Source: Octopus vulgaris
Taxonomy: Eukaryota
Assembly (NCBI GenBank): GCA_951406725.2
Contig: OX597815.1
Coordinates: 204,104,001 to 204,168,000, forward strand
Reading direction: 5' to 3'
Length of the DNA stretch: 64,000 nucleotides
The notes under the pieces are model-generated. The model was given only the letters and a program-made list of their open reading frames with translations. It was not told the origin of the DNA and did not search any database. Positions 1 through 13,019 of this stretch are shown piece after piece. The translations under genes were made by a program, and so were the position numbers. Positions within the stretch are counted from its first letter, which is position 1, and each line of letters starts with the position of its first letter.

Positions 1-404
1 ACATTTTACAATGTTGTTTTAGGCATACGAAGTTCCAAACTGCGTCGAGTGAAGGACTTCTTAGAACTACGCAAACATGACAGTCTCAGACGCTTCACAT
101 TCTCTTCTTACGTGCGTGGCTGGCCTGGAGATTTCTTAATATTTACATTTCCAGTTTCTTTAAACTAGTTAAACCAACGAACAATGGTTTTGTCTGTAGG
201 TGGGTCTTGTTCATAAGCACGTCGAAAATAAAGGTGCACTAAAACAACTGACTTAAACTCAGCATTCGCAGCTACTCAGCGCTTTCTGCTGGACAGTCGC
301 CATGATTGCCATGATTGGAGTGGCTGGACAGACGTTCACTAGTGAAATAGTGATTTCAAGGACAACGCAGTGGCAGATATCAAAGCTCCTACAGTTGGAC
401 CTTT

Positions 405-1540
405 TCGCTTCCGCTTCTTGTGGAAAGGATGCGTCCCGATGGTCAGGCGATCCATTTGCTGTAGTTGATGATGCGCAGACACGCGCTGAGACTGCGACAT
501 CTCCGGCTCTATGTAGACGACGGTGAATAGGTGTGGTCGCCGTTTGTGAGGCACGCTTTCCCGCAGCTCGTCTCCATGACAGAACTGCAGTCGTGGATCA
601 AAAAGAGGCCGAGGAAGGGCGAATGGCACCGCGAGTGTCGCGTTGCTCTCAAGCAACTATGCCGTCTCGGGTCGACCTTGAGTGACTTCAACACAACCCA
701 AGCATTCTATAGGGGATTAGTGGAGGGGAAGTACGACGACGATCTTGGGGCGAACCTGGGCGTCGACGAGGAATACCTGACCCAGCTGTTTGAGACGACT
801 TTCGGGCCGGGAACTATGGACAACTTCCAGAGATCCCTGGCCTGGCAGTGCTACCGAGAAGCGCTACCCGTTCGGGATAAGCTCTATAGGCATGGCTCGA
901 GAAACACGGGTCCGACCTGCCCGAGATGCGGTCAGAGCGACCAAACCGCTCTGTACGCAATCGTGCAGTGTCCAACCATCTCCGACCTGTGGGCTTATGT
1001 CGCACAACTGCTGTCACGTGTGGGACGTGTCGGTTTATCAGCCGAGTCTATCGTTAACATCGTCACGCCTCCTTCCTTCAAACGGGAAGGAAGAGCTATT
1101 TTATCATACTTGTGGCTATGGCGAAAGAATGTATCTGGTGGACGCGCCTGAAAGGATTAGAGACAAACACTTTCCTCTCTGGTCAATCTCTCATCAACTT
1201 CTTCAAGTATCACTTGAAAAGGAAAGTGAGAGTAGAGAGGCAAGTTTTGTCTAGCGAATGTTTTAAAAAAAGATGGGTGAATGTAGCAAGGATGGCACGT
1301 ATGAATGACGAAGCCACCTTGACTATGATCCTATGAACCGTAAAAATTAATACAGAGAGTTGCTTATTTGTAAAAAATATAACATGTGACTTCATTGACC
1401 GAGGTTACCGTGGTCTTTCCCGTAGGCTTTTCTTTCCACGTGTAAACCTCACCTGTCCTCCCCTTTACACTTTATATTGACATTTCTGTGATAACGATCC
1501 CTATTGATCGATTTTTTCCTTTTCCTTTTATTTTTATTCC
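405..1540 (+). mobile_element. 5'-truncated, frameshifted Tx1/L1-like non-LTR retrotransposon (ORF2 C-terminus with zinc-finger region, plus 3' UTR)
   Basis: FLWKGCVPMVRRSICC at ~415; ORF 531-1151 has LAWQCYREALPVRDKL...CPRCGQSDQTALYAIVQCP..DLW (zf-RVT-like); the reading continues in a second frame (1112-1336, AKECIWWTR...FKKRW). In-frame stop at ~528 and frameshifts indicate a pseudogene. Confidence 0.85.
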
Positions 1541-1545
1541 CCTCC

Positions 1546-1795
1546 GTGGCTTAGTGGTTAGGGTATCAGCATCATGATCGTAAGATCAGGTTTCGATTCC
1601 TGGACTGGGCGAGGACGTTGTGTTCTTGAGCAAAACACTTCATTTCACGTTGCTTCAGTCAACTCAGCCGGAAAAAAATGAGTAACGCTGCAATGGACTG
1701 GCGTCCCGTGCAGCTGGGGAACACATACGCCATTAAAACCGGGAAACCGGGCCCATGAGCCTGGCAAGGCTTTAAAAGGGCGCATTTATTATTTA
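1546..1795 (+). mobile_element. tRNA-derived SINE (family C) with a CORE-like segment
   Basis: A box TGGCTTAGTGG, B-box-like GTTTCGATTCC, CORE-like GTGTTCTTGAGCAAAACACTT, then GCAATGGACTGGCGTCCCGTGCAG and a (TTTA) tail. Confidence 0.75.
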
Positions 1796-1798
1796 TAT

Positions 1799-1853
<55 letters not shown>

Positions 1854-1854
<1 letters not shown>

Positions 1855-2367
1855 TAGCAGTATCGCCGGCGTTGCTCGGGTTTGTAAGGGAAATAACTAT
1901 ATAAGCATTTTTAGTGAGTTATAGCAAAGAAAATGCATTAAAAATGGAATAAAAAATTATGGTAATTTTGGTGTCTTCAAGCCATGAAGTCGTTGTTCTA
2001 AAAGAACGCTGGTCTCCTTGACAATGCTTTACGACGTTGATTTCCTTACACTCCTTTCCCCACAGCTTCACGAGGGAGGGAAGAAGAGGGAGAAGCAACA
2101 CAGGTGCAGGTGTGACCATGGACGCCAACTCCGCCGCCATCGACACACGAAAAAATATGCGTTAAAAGGGAAAAAATGATGTTAAATTATTTTTAAAATC
2201 GTAGACTCATCGTAGACGCGCGCTAAAACCCAGACGGGCTCGATATGAATCACGACTATAAGATACCCGAATTTGGTTAAACTGCACCGCAAAATGTGGG
2301 AGTAGTTAGGAATCTAAATCGTAGGAGACAGACACTCACACAACTACAGTTATATATATATACTAGA
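1854..2367 (-). mobile_element. Non-autonomous Helitron
   Basis: On the minus strand it ends in hairpin CCCGAGCAACGCCGG followed by CTAG|T; termini are shared with the copies at 18640 and 43123; the middle segment differs. Confidence 0.75.
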
Positions 2368-2485
<118 letters not shown>

Positions 2486-2496
2486 ATATATATATT

Positions 2497-2726
2497 TATT
2501 CTTTTATTTATTTCAGTTATTTGACTGCGGCCATGCTGGACCACCGCCTTTAGCCGAAGAAATCTACCCTAGGACTTATTCTTTGTAAGCCTAGTACTTC
2601 TTGTATCGGTTCTTTTGCCGAACCGCTAGGTTACGTGGACATAAACACACCAAGATCGACTGTTAAATGATGATGGGGGGGGGGAACAAACGCAGACACA
2701 CAAACATATATATATATATATATATA
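2497..2726 (-). mobile_element. Older family-A SINE, 3' half (interrupted by a younger copy)
   Basis: Diverged match to the family-A 3' part (TTGACTGCGGCCATGCTGG...GCCGAACCGCTA...). Confidence 0.8.
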
Positions 2727-3136
2727 TACTCTTTACTCTTTTACTTGTTTCACTCATTTGACTGCGGCCATGCTGGAGCACCGCTTTTAATCGAGCAACT
2801 CGACCCCGGGACTTATTCTTTTGTAAGCCCAGTACTGATTCTATCGGTCTCTTTTGCCGAACCGCTAAGTGACGGGGACATAAAAACACCAGCATCAGTT
2901 GTCAAGCAATGCTAGGGGGAGAAACACAGACGCGCAAACACACACACGCATACATAAACATATATCCACATATACGACGGGCTTCTTTCAGTTTCCGTCT
3001 ACCAAATCCACTCACAAGGCTTTTTTCGACCCGAGACTATAGTAGAAGACACTTGCCCAAGGTGCCACGCAGTGGGACTGAACCCGGAACCATGTGGTTG
3101 GTAAACAAGCTACTTACCACACATCCACTCCTACAC
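2727..3136 (-). mobile_element. tRNA-derived SINE family A (octopus-type, central CA/TA microsatellite), full length
   Basis: Head G.AGGAGTGG.TGTGTGGTAAG...GGTTCAGTCCC, CORE-like CCTTGGGCAAGTGTCTT, tail (AAAGAGT)n; near-identical to many copies in the window. Confidence 0.9.
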
Positions 3137-3547
3137 ATGACGGGCTTCTTTCAGTTTCCGTCTACCAAATCCACTCAAAAGGCTTTGGTCGGCCCGTGAC
3201 TATAGTAGAAGACACTTGCCCAAGGTGCCACGCAGTGGGACTGAACCCGGAACCATGTGGTTGGTAAACAAGCTACTTACCACACATCCACTCCTACACA
3301 TGACGGGCTTCTTTCAGTTTCCGTCTACCAAATCCACTCACAAGGCTTTTTTCGACCCGTGACTATAGTAGAAGACACTTGCCCAAGGTGCCACGCAGTG
3401 GGACTGAACCCGGAACCATGTGGTTGGTAAACAAGCTACTTACCACACATCCACTCCTACACATGACGGGCTTATTTCAGTTTCCGTCTATCAAATCCAC
3501 TCACAAGGCTTTGGTCGGCCTGAGGCTATTGTAGAAGACGCCCAAGG
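2975..3547. repeat. Tandem array of 163-bp SINE-A head units (~3.5 copies)
   Basis: Unit starts at 2975, 3138, 3301 and 3464 (163-bp period). Confidence 0.9.
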
Positions 3548-6372
3548 GTGGCAACGAACAAGATAGAAGGTTAAAGTTGTTGACTTTGAAAGAAAGGAAA
3601 CAAATCCAAACTGAAATATATGAAGAGATAGAAGGAAGGATTTAAACTAACCGTGGGAAAGTAAGAATTAAATTTGATTGCCCAAAAGTGAGAAGGCAAG
3701 GGTTTAACTCAGCCGGTTAGACGCCTAACAGAATACCGTATCATATCAAGTTACATATATCTCTTTGCATTCTCAGCTTATCCACGACCGAAATCCGTTC
3801 TGACTTTTACCTAATGAGCAACGATAAATTTAATCACAGTCCCGAAATAGAAAACTGTTCAAACGACTGCCACAATACCGACTTTGAAATTGTGCGCTTT
3901 TTTGTGGCAATGTTAGTGACCGTTTGTTTAAGAAGTGTGCTGACGAAAAATTAGAAAGAAAATAGTTCAGTATTAATATTTATACTGAATATATCTATAT
4001 GTCAAAAATAAGTTACTAATAGAAACTATTCGGGATGTCATTCGCACGAAAAGTAATAGCAATGTTGCAAAGATATCTAATGCACTGTTATTTAAGATGT
4101 TAATTAAAACTGCTTGTGCAATGAAGTAAAATATTATTAGCTCAAGGCAAATATTATTTTCACTATTTAAGCAAGTACTGGTGACAATTCGTTATTATTA
4201 GACCTCTTCACTGTATTTAGAGAGAAGTGTATGCTGAACCAATTCTGTCAATCTCCTCAGACCAAGGGCAGGCTTCCATATCTCCTTACCTGTTCGGAGC
4301 ATGCATTTTTCCCGCGTTGTCCAGAGCTCACTTTACTATTAAGGACATACGGAAACATGACCTATTATTCACTCTTCAAAGTTATGATACTTTCCACTTC
4401 ATATTTTCTTGGTTCAGTTCCTCAAACGTCGAGGCATTTGTTTTCAGACGCAGTCCTCTACAATTTATCCCTTTTCTGGACCAGGCTCATACCGAGAAGC
4501 TCCATACGATACACATATGAGATACTGTCGGTGGTATTATTGTTGTTGTTGTATTCGTACTGTTTACCCAATTTTTCTTATTCAATTTCATTTTATTTTC
4601 ATACTATTCTTATTTGATACTTCCTATTGTGCAGATGTTTGTGATCAGTTTGTTGTCTGTTGTCGCAATTGAAAATTATTTTGGTTATGTTCGTTTATGA
4701 TACTGAGCCTATTATTATGTCCATCTTGGTAAGAATCTCTTCCGGCTACGAAAATGTTTTCACTCCACAGCTACAGACATACGTTCAAATATTCAACCGT
4801 CTGTAATTTTTCTTTCTTCTTTGATCATGTTAACCTGAGAGAAATCAACTTCTAAACTAAGTACAAGTCATGTAATGGACCGACTTAATCGAATATATTC
4901 CTGTATTTTCACAGGTGTATAGGCATATAGAACCTGATATCTCAAGGCTGACAAGCATTTATACCCTCAAATGTAAAAGTGAAGTTCTATAGCACAAATT
5001 TTATACATGTTTATAAGCAGAGATGAATATTTAAAAAAGTTTTTATTACAATCCGACTTGGATCCATAATGCGCTATTGTTGGCGGGTGTATTTGTATTC
5101 CACTATGTAGTTAGATTGGTCAAGGCATTGTTTGTGATAGTGTGTGGATACCGCAATTCAGCGAACTAATATTGTCACACAGTGTCTGTTTGATAGTGCC
5201 TTAGAGTTGAGTTAGGTTTACAAGGACTAAGAATTGCGTTTTGAAGTAAAAGGATTAAAAGTGGGTTAAAAGCACAGGTGTATGTGACATCGTCTGATGC
5301 TTAAACAATAATGCAATGAATAGATAGCGCCTTAAGTAAAATACGCAGCGTTGAAACCAAGCGAGGATCCATTTCCTATAATATTTCTAGAATACACAAA
5401 TTAATTCTGTGCTTGCAATGAATATCGTGATTATTCACATATCTCAAAATTCTCGGAATTGTCAGTTCGACTTCTAGTACGATCAGCTGATGTCGAAAGA
5501 TATTTTACTTCCTTATGTAGATTAGATTAGATTTACATGAATATCATGTTTTTAAATAAATTTCCCTGAATTCTTCTCAAAATAAAATGAAAAAGAAAAT
5601 TAACAGGATACTTAATTCGGTTCTACCCTTTCCAATAACACCACACCCATATTTAGTATCCCACGCTATAAAGTGATTTTCTGGCTAGAAGGGAAACCCA
5701 TTTATCGACAGAAGTACGTGGGAAGCATTGATCAAATACAAAGCGTTTTCAGTGAGTACCCGCATGAACGTAATATGTTCTAGAAATAGAACAGTTTAAA
5801 CGGAAGGTTAAACAAATCTGACCCAAATAAGCTGAACCTACTTGGAAATTCCAGTGATATACAAATTACAAATGCCTGCGTATGTGTGCGTTTCTGTTCA
5901 CGCTCACTGCGCCTGCATCTGTGTCGGTGAACATAGTACAGATTATATCCACACACACCCACATATGTATATATATATACATATATACATACATACATAC
6001 ATACATACATACATACATACATGTTTCTACGTACACATGAATACATGTGAATATAATGCTAGTGTAGATGTTATCAGAAGTGCGTAGGTAGCTAACATGA
6101 CAGATTACTTTTTTTTATACAGATATAGACGCTTACATACATGCATACAAGCATACATACATACATACATACAAACATGCTTACAGAAATACATACATAC
6201 ACAGACACACATACACATTGGAACACACATGCAAACACACGCATACATACACACGCACTCTCACACGCAAATCGACTCAAGTACTTATTCTATTTTCCTT
6301 TGCCGAATCACTAAGTTACACGCGCATGCACGCACACACATATACACACACACTGAGATACATATATATATA

Positions 6373-7151
6373 CGAGGAGATATCCCCAAAAGGAGATAAC
6401 CCCAGGCATCAGTATGCTGACCGGCGTCGTCGAGTGAAGCCGTACCTCCACGTGGTGCGTCTTTATTTTGCAGTGCTTCTCCCCCGTTCGTCAATTTTTG
6501 AGATGGATGAAACGAAGTGGCAGCGCGCTTCCATAAAATTCTGTTTCCTGCTGGGGAAACGGCGGCCGAAGCAGTTGTCAAGCTTCGAACTTCTTACAAG
6601 GATGCTGCTATGAGCAAAACACAAGTTTACGAGTGGTCTTCACGCTTTAGCAATGGTCATTTGTCGCTTGAAAACCAACCTCGTACAGGGCGTTCTTCGA
6701 CCTCCCGAACGAATGAAAACATCACACGAAAATTCATGAACTGATCTGAGGGACAATCACTGAACAATCGACGAACTTGTTGACATGACTGGTGTGTCCT
6801 GGAGTTCCTGCCAACGAATTTGGAACGAGGAATTGCGAATGAAAAGAGTTATAGCAAAATTTGAGCCTCGCTTGCTCCCGGATGATCAAAAGCAGTTATA
6901 TTTTTTCGAAGGTCATCACTGGTGACGAAAGGTGGTGCTCCGGAATTTGCAGATGTGGAAGAGGTGAAGAAAAAAAATGACAGGGTCGTCAAAGGGCATC
7001 ACTTTTCAAGAGTTCCTGCACTGCTTGGAACTGTGGAAAACGCATCTGGACTGATGCATTGCTTCAAATGGAGATTACTTTGAAGGCGATAAAAGTGTAA
7101 AATAAATCTACGCGAATAAAATAATATTGCAAAATTTCGGTTACCCCGTCG
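6373..7151 (+). mobile_element. Internally deleted mariner-like element (transposase pseudogene)
   Basis: TA|CGAGG... and ...CCCGTCG|TA imperfect TIRs; frameshifted peptide MDETKWQRASIKFCFLLG..TAAEAVVKL..MSKTQVYEWSSRF...QPRTGRSSTS (mariner HTH); ITGDERW at ~6915. Confidence 0.85.
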
Positions 7152-7284
7152 TACACACACACACACACACACACATGCACACACGTACACACACACACAC
7201 ATACAAACACGTACACACATATACACCCACATACACACACATATATGTATATATATGTAATACATATGTATGTATACACACAGC

Positions 7285-7400
7285 GGATTTTAGCTTCCCC
7301 CTACCAAATCCACTCATGAGGTTTTGGTCGTTCTAGGGTTGTTGCAGAAGACACTTGCCTAAGGTACCAATAGTGGGACCGAATCCGAAACCATGTGGTC
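7285..7400 (-). mobile_element. Degenerate SINE-A head fragment
   Basis: CTACCAAATCCACTCA...GAAGACACTTGCCTAAGG...GAAACCATGTGG. Confidence 0.7.
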
Positions 7401-7401
7401 A

Positions 7402-7658
7402 TTAGTGACTGGTTGTCAGGGGACTAAGAGGGGCCACGCGCAACCACAAGGGGGCGCACCTGTAACTACAATGTATCATTTTTTTTTCGTATTAAAATTA
7501 TTCTTTTCACCTGTCTACAAACACAGCCAGGCTGAAATAATTAATGCTTTCTTCCAGGAGTGAATTAAAAAAATCCTCAAACTTGAGGGAATGGGCCCCT
7601 TAGCTACTAAGGCTCCCATACATGGATTCAAATGACGCAGGGGCCCAGTCCACCACTG
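7402..7658. mobile_element. Possible hAT (Tip100-like) MITE
   Basis: 3' end GGGCCCAGTCCACCACTG and degenerate 5' end TAGTGACTGG; internal GGGCCC motifs. Confidence 0.35.
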
Positions 7659-7660
7659 CA

Positions 7661-8070
7661 TACTCTTTACTCTTTTACTTGTTTCAGTCATTTGCTGCGG
7701 CCATGCTGGAGCACCGCCTTTAATCGAGCAACTCGACCCCGGGACTTATTCTTTTGTAAGCCCAGTACTTATTCTATCGGTCTCTTTTGCCGAACCGCTA
7801 AGTAACGGGGACATAAACACACCAGCATCGGTTGTCAAGCAACGCTAGGGGGACAAACACACACACACAAACACACACACACATATATACATATACATAC
7901 ATATATACGACGGGCTTCTTTCAGTTTCCGTCTACCAAATCCACTCACATGGCTTTGGTCGGCCCGAGGCTATAGCAGAAGACACTTGCCCAAGATGCCA
8001 CGCAGTGGGACTGAACCCGGAACCATGTGGTTGGTAGACAAACTACTTACCACATAGCCACTCCTGCGCC
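7661..8070 (-). mobile_element. SINE family A, full length
   Basis: Complete from head GGCGCAGGAGTGG to the (AAAGAGT) tail. Confidence 0.92.
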
Positions 8071-8119
8071 TATATATATGTGTTTGTGTATGTATGTATG
8101 TTTCATACATGCATAACAT

Positions 8120-8173
<54 letters not shown>

Positions 8174-8475
8174 GTGTGTGTGTGTGTGTATGTGTATATA
8201 TATATACATACACACACATAGATATATGAGGAAATAAAATACAAATGTTTTCTTTGTATTATTGCAATCATTGGCCGGCGACCATATTGAGTCATAAATA
8301 CCGTGAATAATGCGATTGACTATGGTATTATTTGGGACTCTTACTTCTTTTATCCGTTTATTCTTCTGAAAAAAACTTAAGTATATGCTTCCGTTTTGCA
8401 CAAAACTTAATTTATTTCTTTTGTATGTTTGTCCTTACCAGTTGCATTGTGTCAAACAAATGTACATACACTCAA

Positions 8476-8490
8476 ACACACACACACACA

Positions 8491-8583
<93 letters not shown>
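8476..8583. repeat. (CA)n microsatellite
   Basis: Direct reading. Confidence 0.95.
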
Positions 8584-8587
<4 letters not shown>

Positions 8588-8943
8588 TCATTGGTTTATT
8601 TCTCTTATGCAAATTACCCGGGCCATTAATGTGTCCCGTCTGCTGTAGGCAGGTTGATACAATTGATGCGTTGATGTCGGCTATTGAGGTAGAAACATGT
8701 ACTCTGTTGTCTTCAGACAATCAAACGAACTTGTTGATATGACTGGTGTCTCCTGAAGTTCCTGTCGTCTTCAGACAATCAAACTCCCTTTTCTTTAATG
8801 GTATATCAGTTCTAGGTATTTCAATAACTTAAGAAATTAGTTTGTAAGTTATTTACACCGTGCATATATATATTATACGCGTGCACAAACACAGACATAC
8901 ATACACGCAATCAGGCAAACATGAGCATTTATGTATATATAAG

Positions 8944-8979
<36 letters not shown>

Positions 8980-9016
8980 GTGAGAGAGAAAAGAGAGAGA
9001 GAGACAGAGAAACAGG

Positions 9017-9017
<1 letters not shown>

Positions 9018-9076
<59 letters not shown>

Positions 9077-9160
9077 CAGATAGATAGATACATACATACA
9101 TACATACATACATACATACATACATACATACATACATACATACATACATACATACATACA
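9018..9160. repeat. (GATA)n(CATA)n compound microsatellite
   Basis: Direct reading. Confidence 0.95.
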
Positions 9161-9581
9161 TGCATACACGGAATTGTCAAATTCCATTCACAAGTACTAT
9201 TAGTCAATCCAAGAGGATTGTCCAAGATACCGTGCAGTCGGATTGAAACCGGAGCCTGGTAATTACGAAGCAAACGTGTTATCTATACATCCTTGCCCGT
9301 AACTAGACCACAAAGTATTTCATTGAACCTTTTGTCGATTTTGCAACTCACCATAAAGCTACGCACTTCAGCATTAGATCCATGTTCTCAACTAAATTCT
9401 TACTCAGAACGAACAGTGGAGCAACGAAATGGTGCCGAACACTTTCATGATGCTCTGACGATTACACCAATCCTGTGCTCTCTGTATACGTAGAAATTCA
9501 TGACGTCATAGTGTAATTTGCATAAAATGATTTACGTGGTAACCCGATCCGCTAGAAAAAGCAAACAAGTTCCATTCCATT

Positions 9582-10060
9582 CAGCGTGGCTGTGTACCTA
9601 CAGAGTTTGCTGGGAATCCATGTTCTTTCGGGTTCAATCCTTCTGCACAGCATGTATGCAAGTATTTTCTACTACAGACTATAACCGTGCATTTTCTTGT
9701 GAGTGGGTTTCCTACTGAAACTGTGACAGTCCCGACAATATATGCATGCATACACACACACACATGACATACACACACATACACAACATACACACATACA
9801 CACACACGCACAAACACCACCCTTATATATATGTGTGTGGTGCGTGTGTGTGCGCGGGGGTGGGGCGTGTATGCGTGTGTGTCTGAGTTGAACCCCACAC
9901 TTGACAACCAGTGTTTGTTTACAATCCCGTAACTTAGCGTTTCGGTAAATGGGAGACATAGAATAACAGCAAACTTAAAATAAGTATTGATGTATTTTCC
10001 GATTATCCTTTCCCAATTTTACTCGCATGGCCGTTGTCCAATGACTGAAACAAGTAATAG
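9582..10060 (+). mobile_element. Old, highly diverged SINE family A copy
   Basis: GTGGCTGTGT...GGGTTCAATCC...CTTGACAACC..CCCGTAACTTAGCG..ATGACTGAAACAAGTAA. Confidence 0.7.
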
Positions 10061-10449
10061 AACTAAAGTGAGAACTGTCCTTCAAAGGAAGGCGGTTTCA
10101 AGAACATAATCCTACATATAGATAAAACAAGACCGGTTATGGCTGGAATGCTTTTAATAATAGATCCAGTTAAGCAGAGCTGACCTAGGGTAAAACAATA
10201 GCAATTTATTACTTATGTCTGTATATTCGTTGTTGATTCGTAGATTCTCTCAGTCAGAGGAGATAAGGAAAAACCGAGAACTACTGACAATCCATAAATA
10301 CTGTTTTTATCAGACACATACATATTTCATCGTCAGCGCTAACTCAATCAAAATGTGTTTCTGTCACAAGTACCTCAGCAACAAAATGGCATTTCGCAAT
10401 TCCTATTTCTGTTCATTTGCTATTTCTACAGCTATGAACAGTTCTGCAC

Positions 10450-11530
10450 CCGATGTTGAACGACATCGAGAAACCTACATTTGAAGTCGTCATACTCACT
10501 GACGTCAAAGCTCACAACTCCTCCGAACCCTAACATTCTTTGCACGTGGAAAATATTAATACAAGCTGAATCATTTGACATCCTGAACTGTTAGCATTGG
10601 GTTATCAGTGCACTCTCAATACTAACTAACGCATCCAATCTCCTAACACACTTCACGTTTTTCTTACCTCTATTCGCAACCATTTTCTTTGCCCACTGGA
10701 CCTGTTTCCATCGGATGATATAATCACTGCCTAAACTCAACATAACTCTTATCATTCTATGCTACTTTAAGACATTTTCAAGTCATTAATGTATGCTATT
10801 TCTACATTAATTACTACCCATAACAAATGTTTCAATCTTAATATCACCCTCTTAGTTACTAAGAATTTCCTTCATAAAACTCCACCATTTCTATGCACCA
10901 AATCAAGTCTGGATGTTTCTTTGATCATTCCTAGCAAGAGCCCCGGTCATGATTGTATTCTATTTGATGTAACGAAAACATCGTATGTAGGATTGGCTTC
11001 CATGCTTACATATTCCAATTTCTCCTTCTGTAAGTGAATTTTGTCCTAAATACTGAAAACATGAACCCTTCATCCCTATACTCACCATCCTCAATTTATA
11101 CCTTTCCCCAAAGGCAATAGTTTGATTTTACACTGTCAAATCACAACCTAATCCAATCACGTTTCCACAAATTTAATGGAGTCGAAAACAGTTTACTCTC
11201 TGAGGGACTACTGAACCGATTTCAGAGACTCCAATTTCCTTGTATGTCACTTTTCCATGGTTATAACTCATCAGAACTTCGACGAAAGTAGTGTGAGCTT
11301 TTGACCTCAGATAGTTACCCTAACGTGTATAGGGTGAATGCTCCAAGAATAGCTAGAATTTCCATGTAGATACATCATCAATAAATTGTCAACAGGTTTC
11401 TCTGCTCCCTGTGCTTTATTAATCCCAGTGTTTCCCTTTCTTCCAAACACTTCTATATATAACCTTTCTCACTACTATTTTTAACAGCAAACATCTCTAT
11501 ACAAACTATTCATCCTTCACATGAGGCTGT
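10450..11530 (-). mobile_element. Highly decayed RTE-like LINE 3' fragment
   Basis: Faint minus-strand peptide remnants in RTE order, ending DGNRSSGQRKWL (cf. G.R.RGRP..RW); many stops. Confidence 0.35.
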
Positions 11531-12716
11531 ATTTTACCTGCTTCACTGCAAAGGATGACCTTAGAATCTAGAGTATATAACAGCGCCATGATATGATTAC
11601 AATAAAACAAGGAAACAATGTAGCAACATAACATGCTCGCTTTCTGGGAACAACAGACAGCTAAAACCCTAAAAGTCTCTAGAAAGTCTAAACGTAATAT
11701 TCTTCCTGCATTTTATGTCAATCAGGTAAGTATTACTAAAAGTATATCCAGAAAATGTACTGACTTTATTGCTAACTTACAAACGACAAGTGTGAGTACT
11801 GCTGAGTGCTGCTCATATATTTAGGATGACACTGTTATTGCAAACAGTCCAGGTGCTTTCAAAAGTAGGATATTCCGTTGATTGGCATTGATTCGCACGT
11901 TAAAATCTTGCAACCATTCTTCTCCATGTCTCACCTAATGCTACTATCTTAGTTTAATTTTTTTTTTTCTGATTTGGCTTGGTGTATACAACTTTCAACT
12001 ATGTTTACACAATACATCAATCGCTTATTCCCTCCCTACTCCTAGTAATTCGCGTCAAAAGACTACACTAAACTTTTGATCAGTTCTTCTTATCGAGAAC
12101 CAAACTTTTCATCTAAGCACTTTGCGCCTACGCTTTCCGACAGATTAACACTACATCAATGTCACCATGCAACTTAATAATGAAGCAACAATTTTCATAA
12201 AATGAGACGTGACATTCAATTTTTTTGTTTTTAGTTAATGTTTCTAACTTTTTCAAAGTGTCTATGAAATTAAGCGATTCCGTTCTCTCAACAGCAGTTC
12301 CTGTTCCCTTCTTTCTATCTCTAGTCGGTTATTTATACTCATTTCTCACACTAGCTAACACGATTTCACTTTGTATTTTTTCAAATGTCTGTCCCCTTGT
12401 CTCTCTTTCAGTCTGTCTTCCATTCTCTCCACTCTCCTTCACAGATACCTAACCACCCACGCACTCCTCCTACACATACATACACACAGGTGCACGTGCG
12501 CACACAAATGGTCATCCAGTGATGCATATATTTACAGGACCGTTTTTATTACAGGAAACGTTCGCAATATACATCATGTGCTGTGAAGAAAAGAAATCTA
12601 ACATTTGATGGAGAGAAATGAAATGTTTGAATGTAATGAGCAAGAAAATAGATTGATAGATTGGAAGTGATTAACTCGGAGAAAAAATAGAAGAAAAGGA
12701 GAAGAGGAGGTAACAA

Positions 12717-12776
<60 letters not shown>

Positions 12777-12785
12777 AGGTATGTG

Positions 12786-12871
<86 letters not shown>

Positions 12872-12899
12872 CATACATATATATAGATTGATTGCCTCG

Positions 12900-12958
12900 A
12901 TAACTAAAGAGATGCCGGTGCAGGTTTCCACCCCGACATCCGAAACTTGGAGTTTTAT
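12900..12958 (+). ncRNA. Type I hammerhead ribozyme-like motif with a core substitution
   Basis: ATAA-CTAAAGA-GATGCCGGTG..CACCCCGACATC-C-GAAAC-TTGGA-GTT-TTAT; stems I-III present; core G5 is replaced by A. Confidence 0.55.
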
Positions 12959-13019
12959 AATGGCAACCAAATAATTGTCACATATTATATTACAGATATA
13001 TATAAATATATATATATAT

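Noticed and set aside
23-111. Possible exon (IRSSKLRRVKDFLELRKHDSLRRFTFSSY)
   Set aside because: Weak donor site, no recognised homology, and at the window edge
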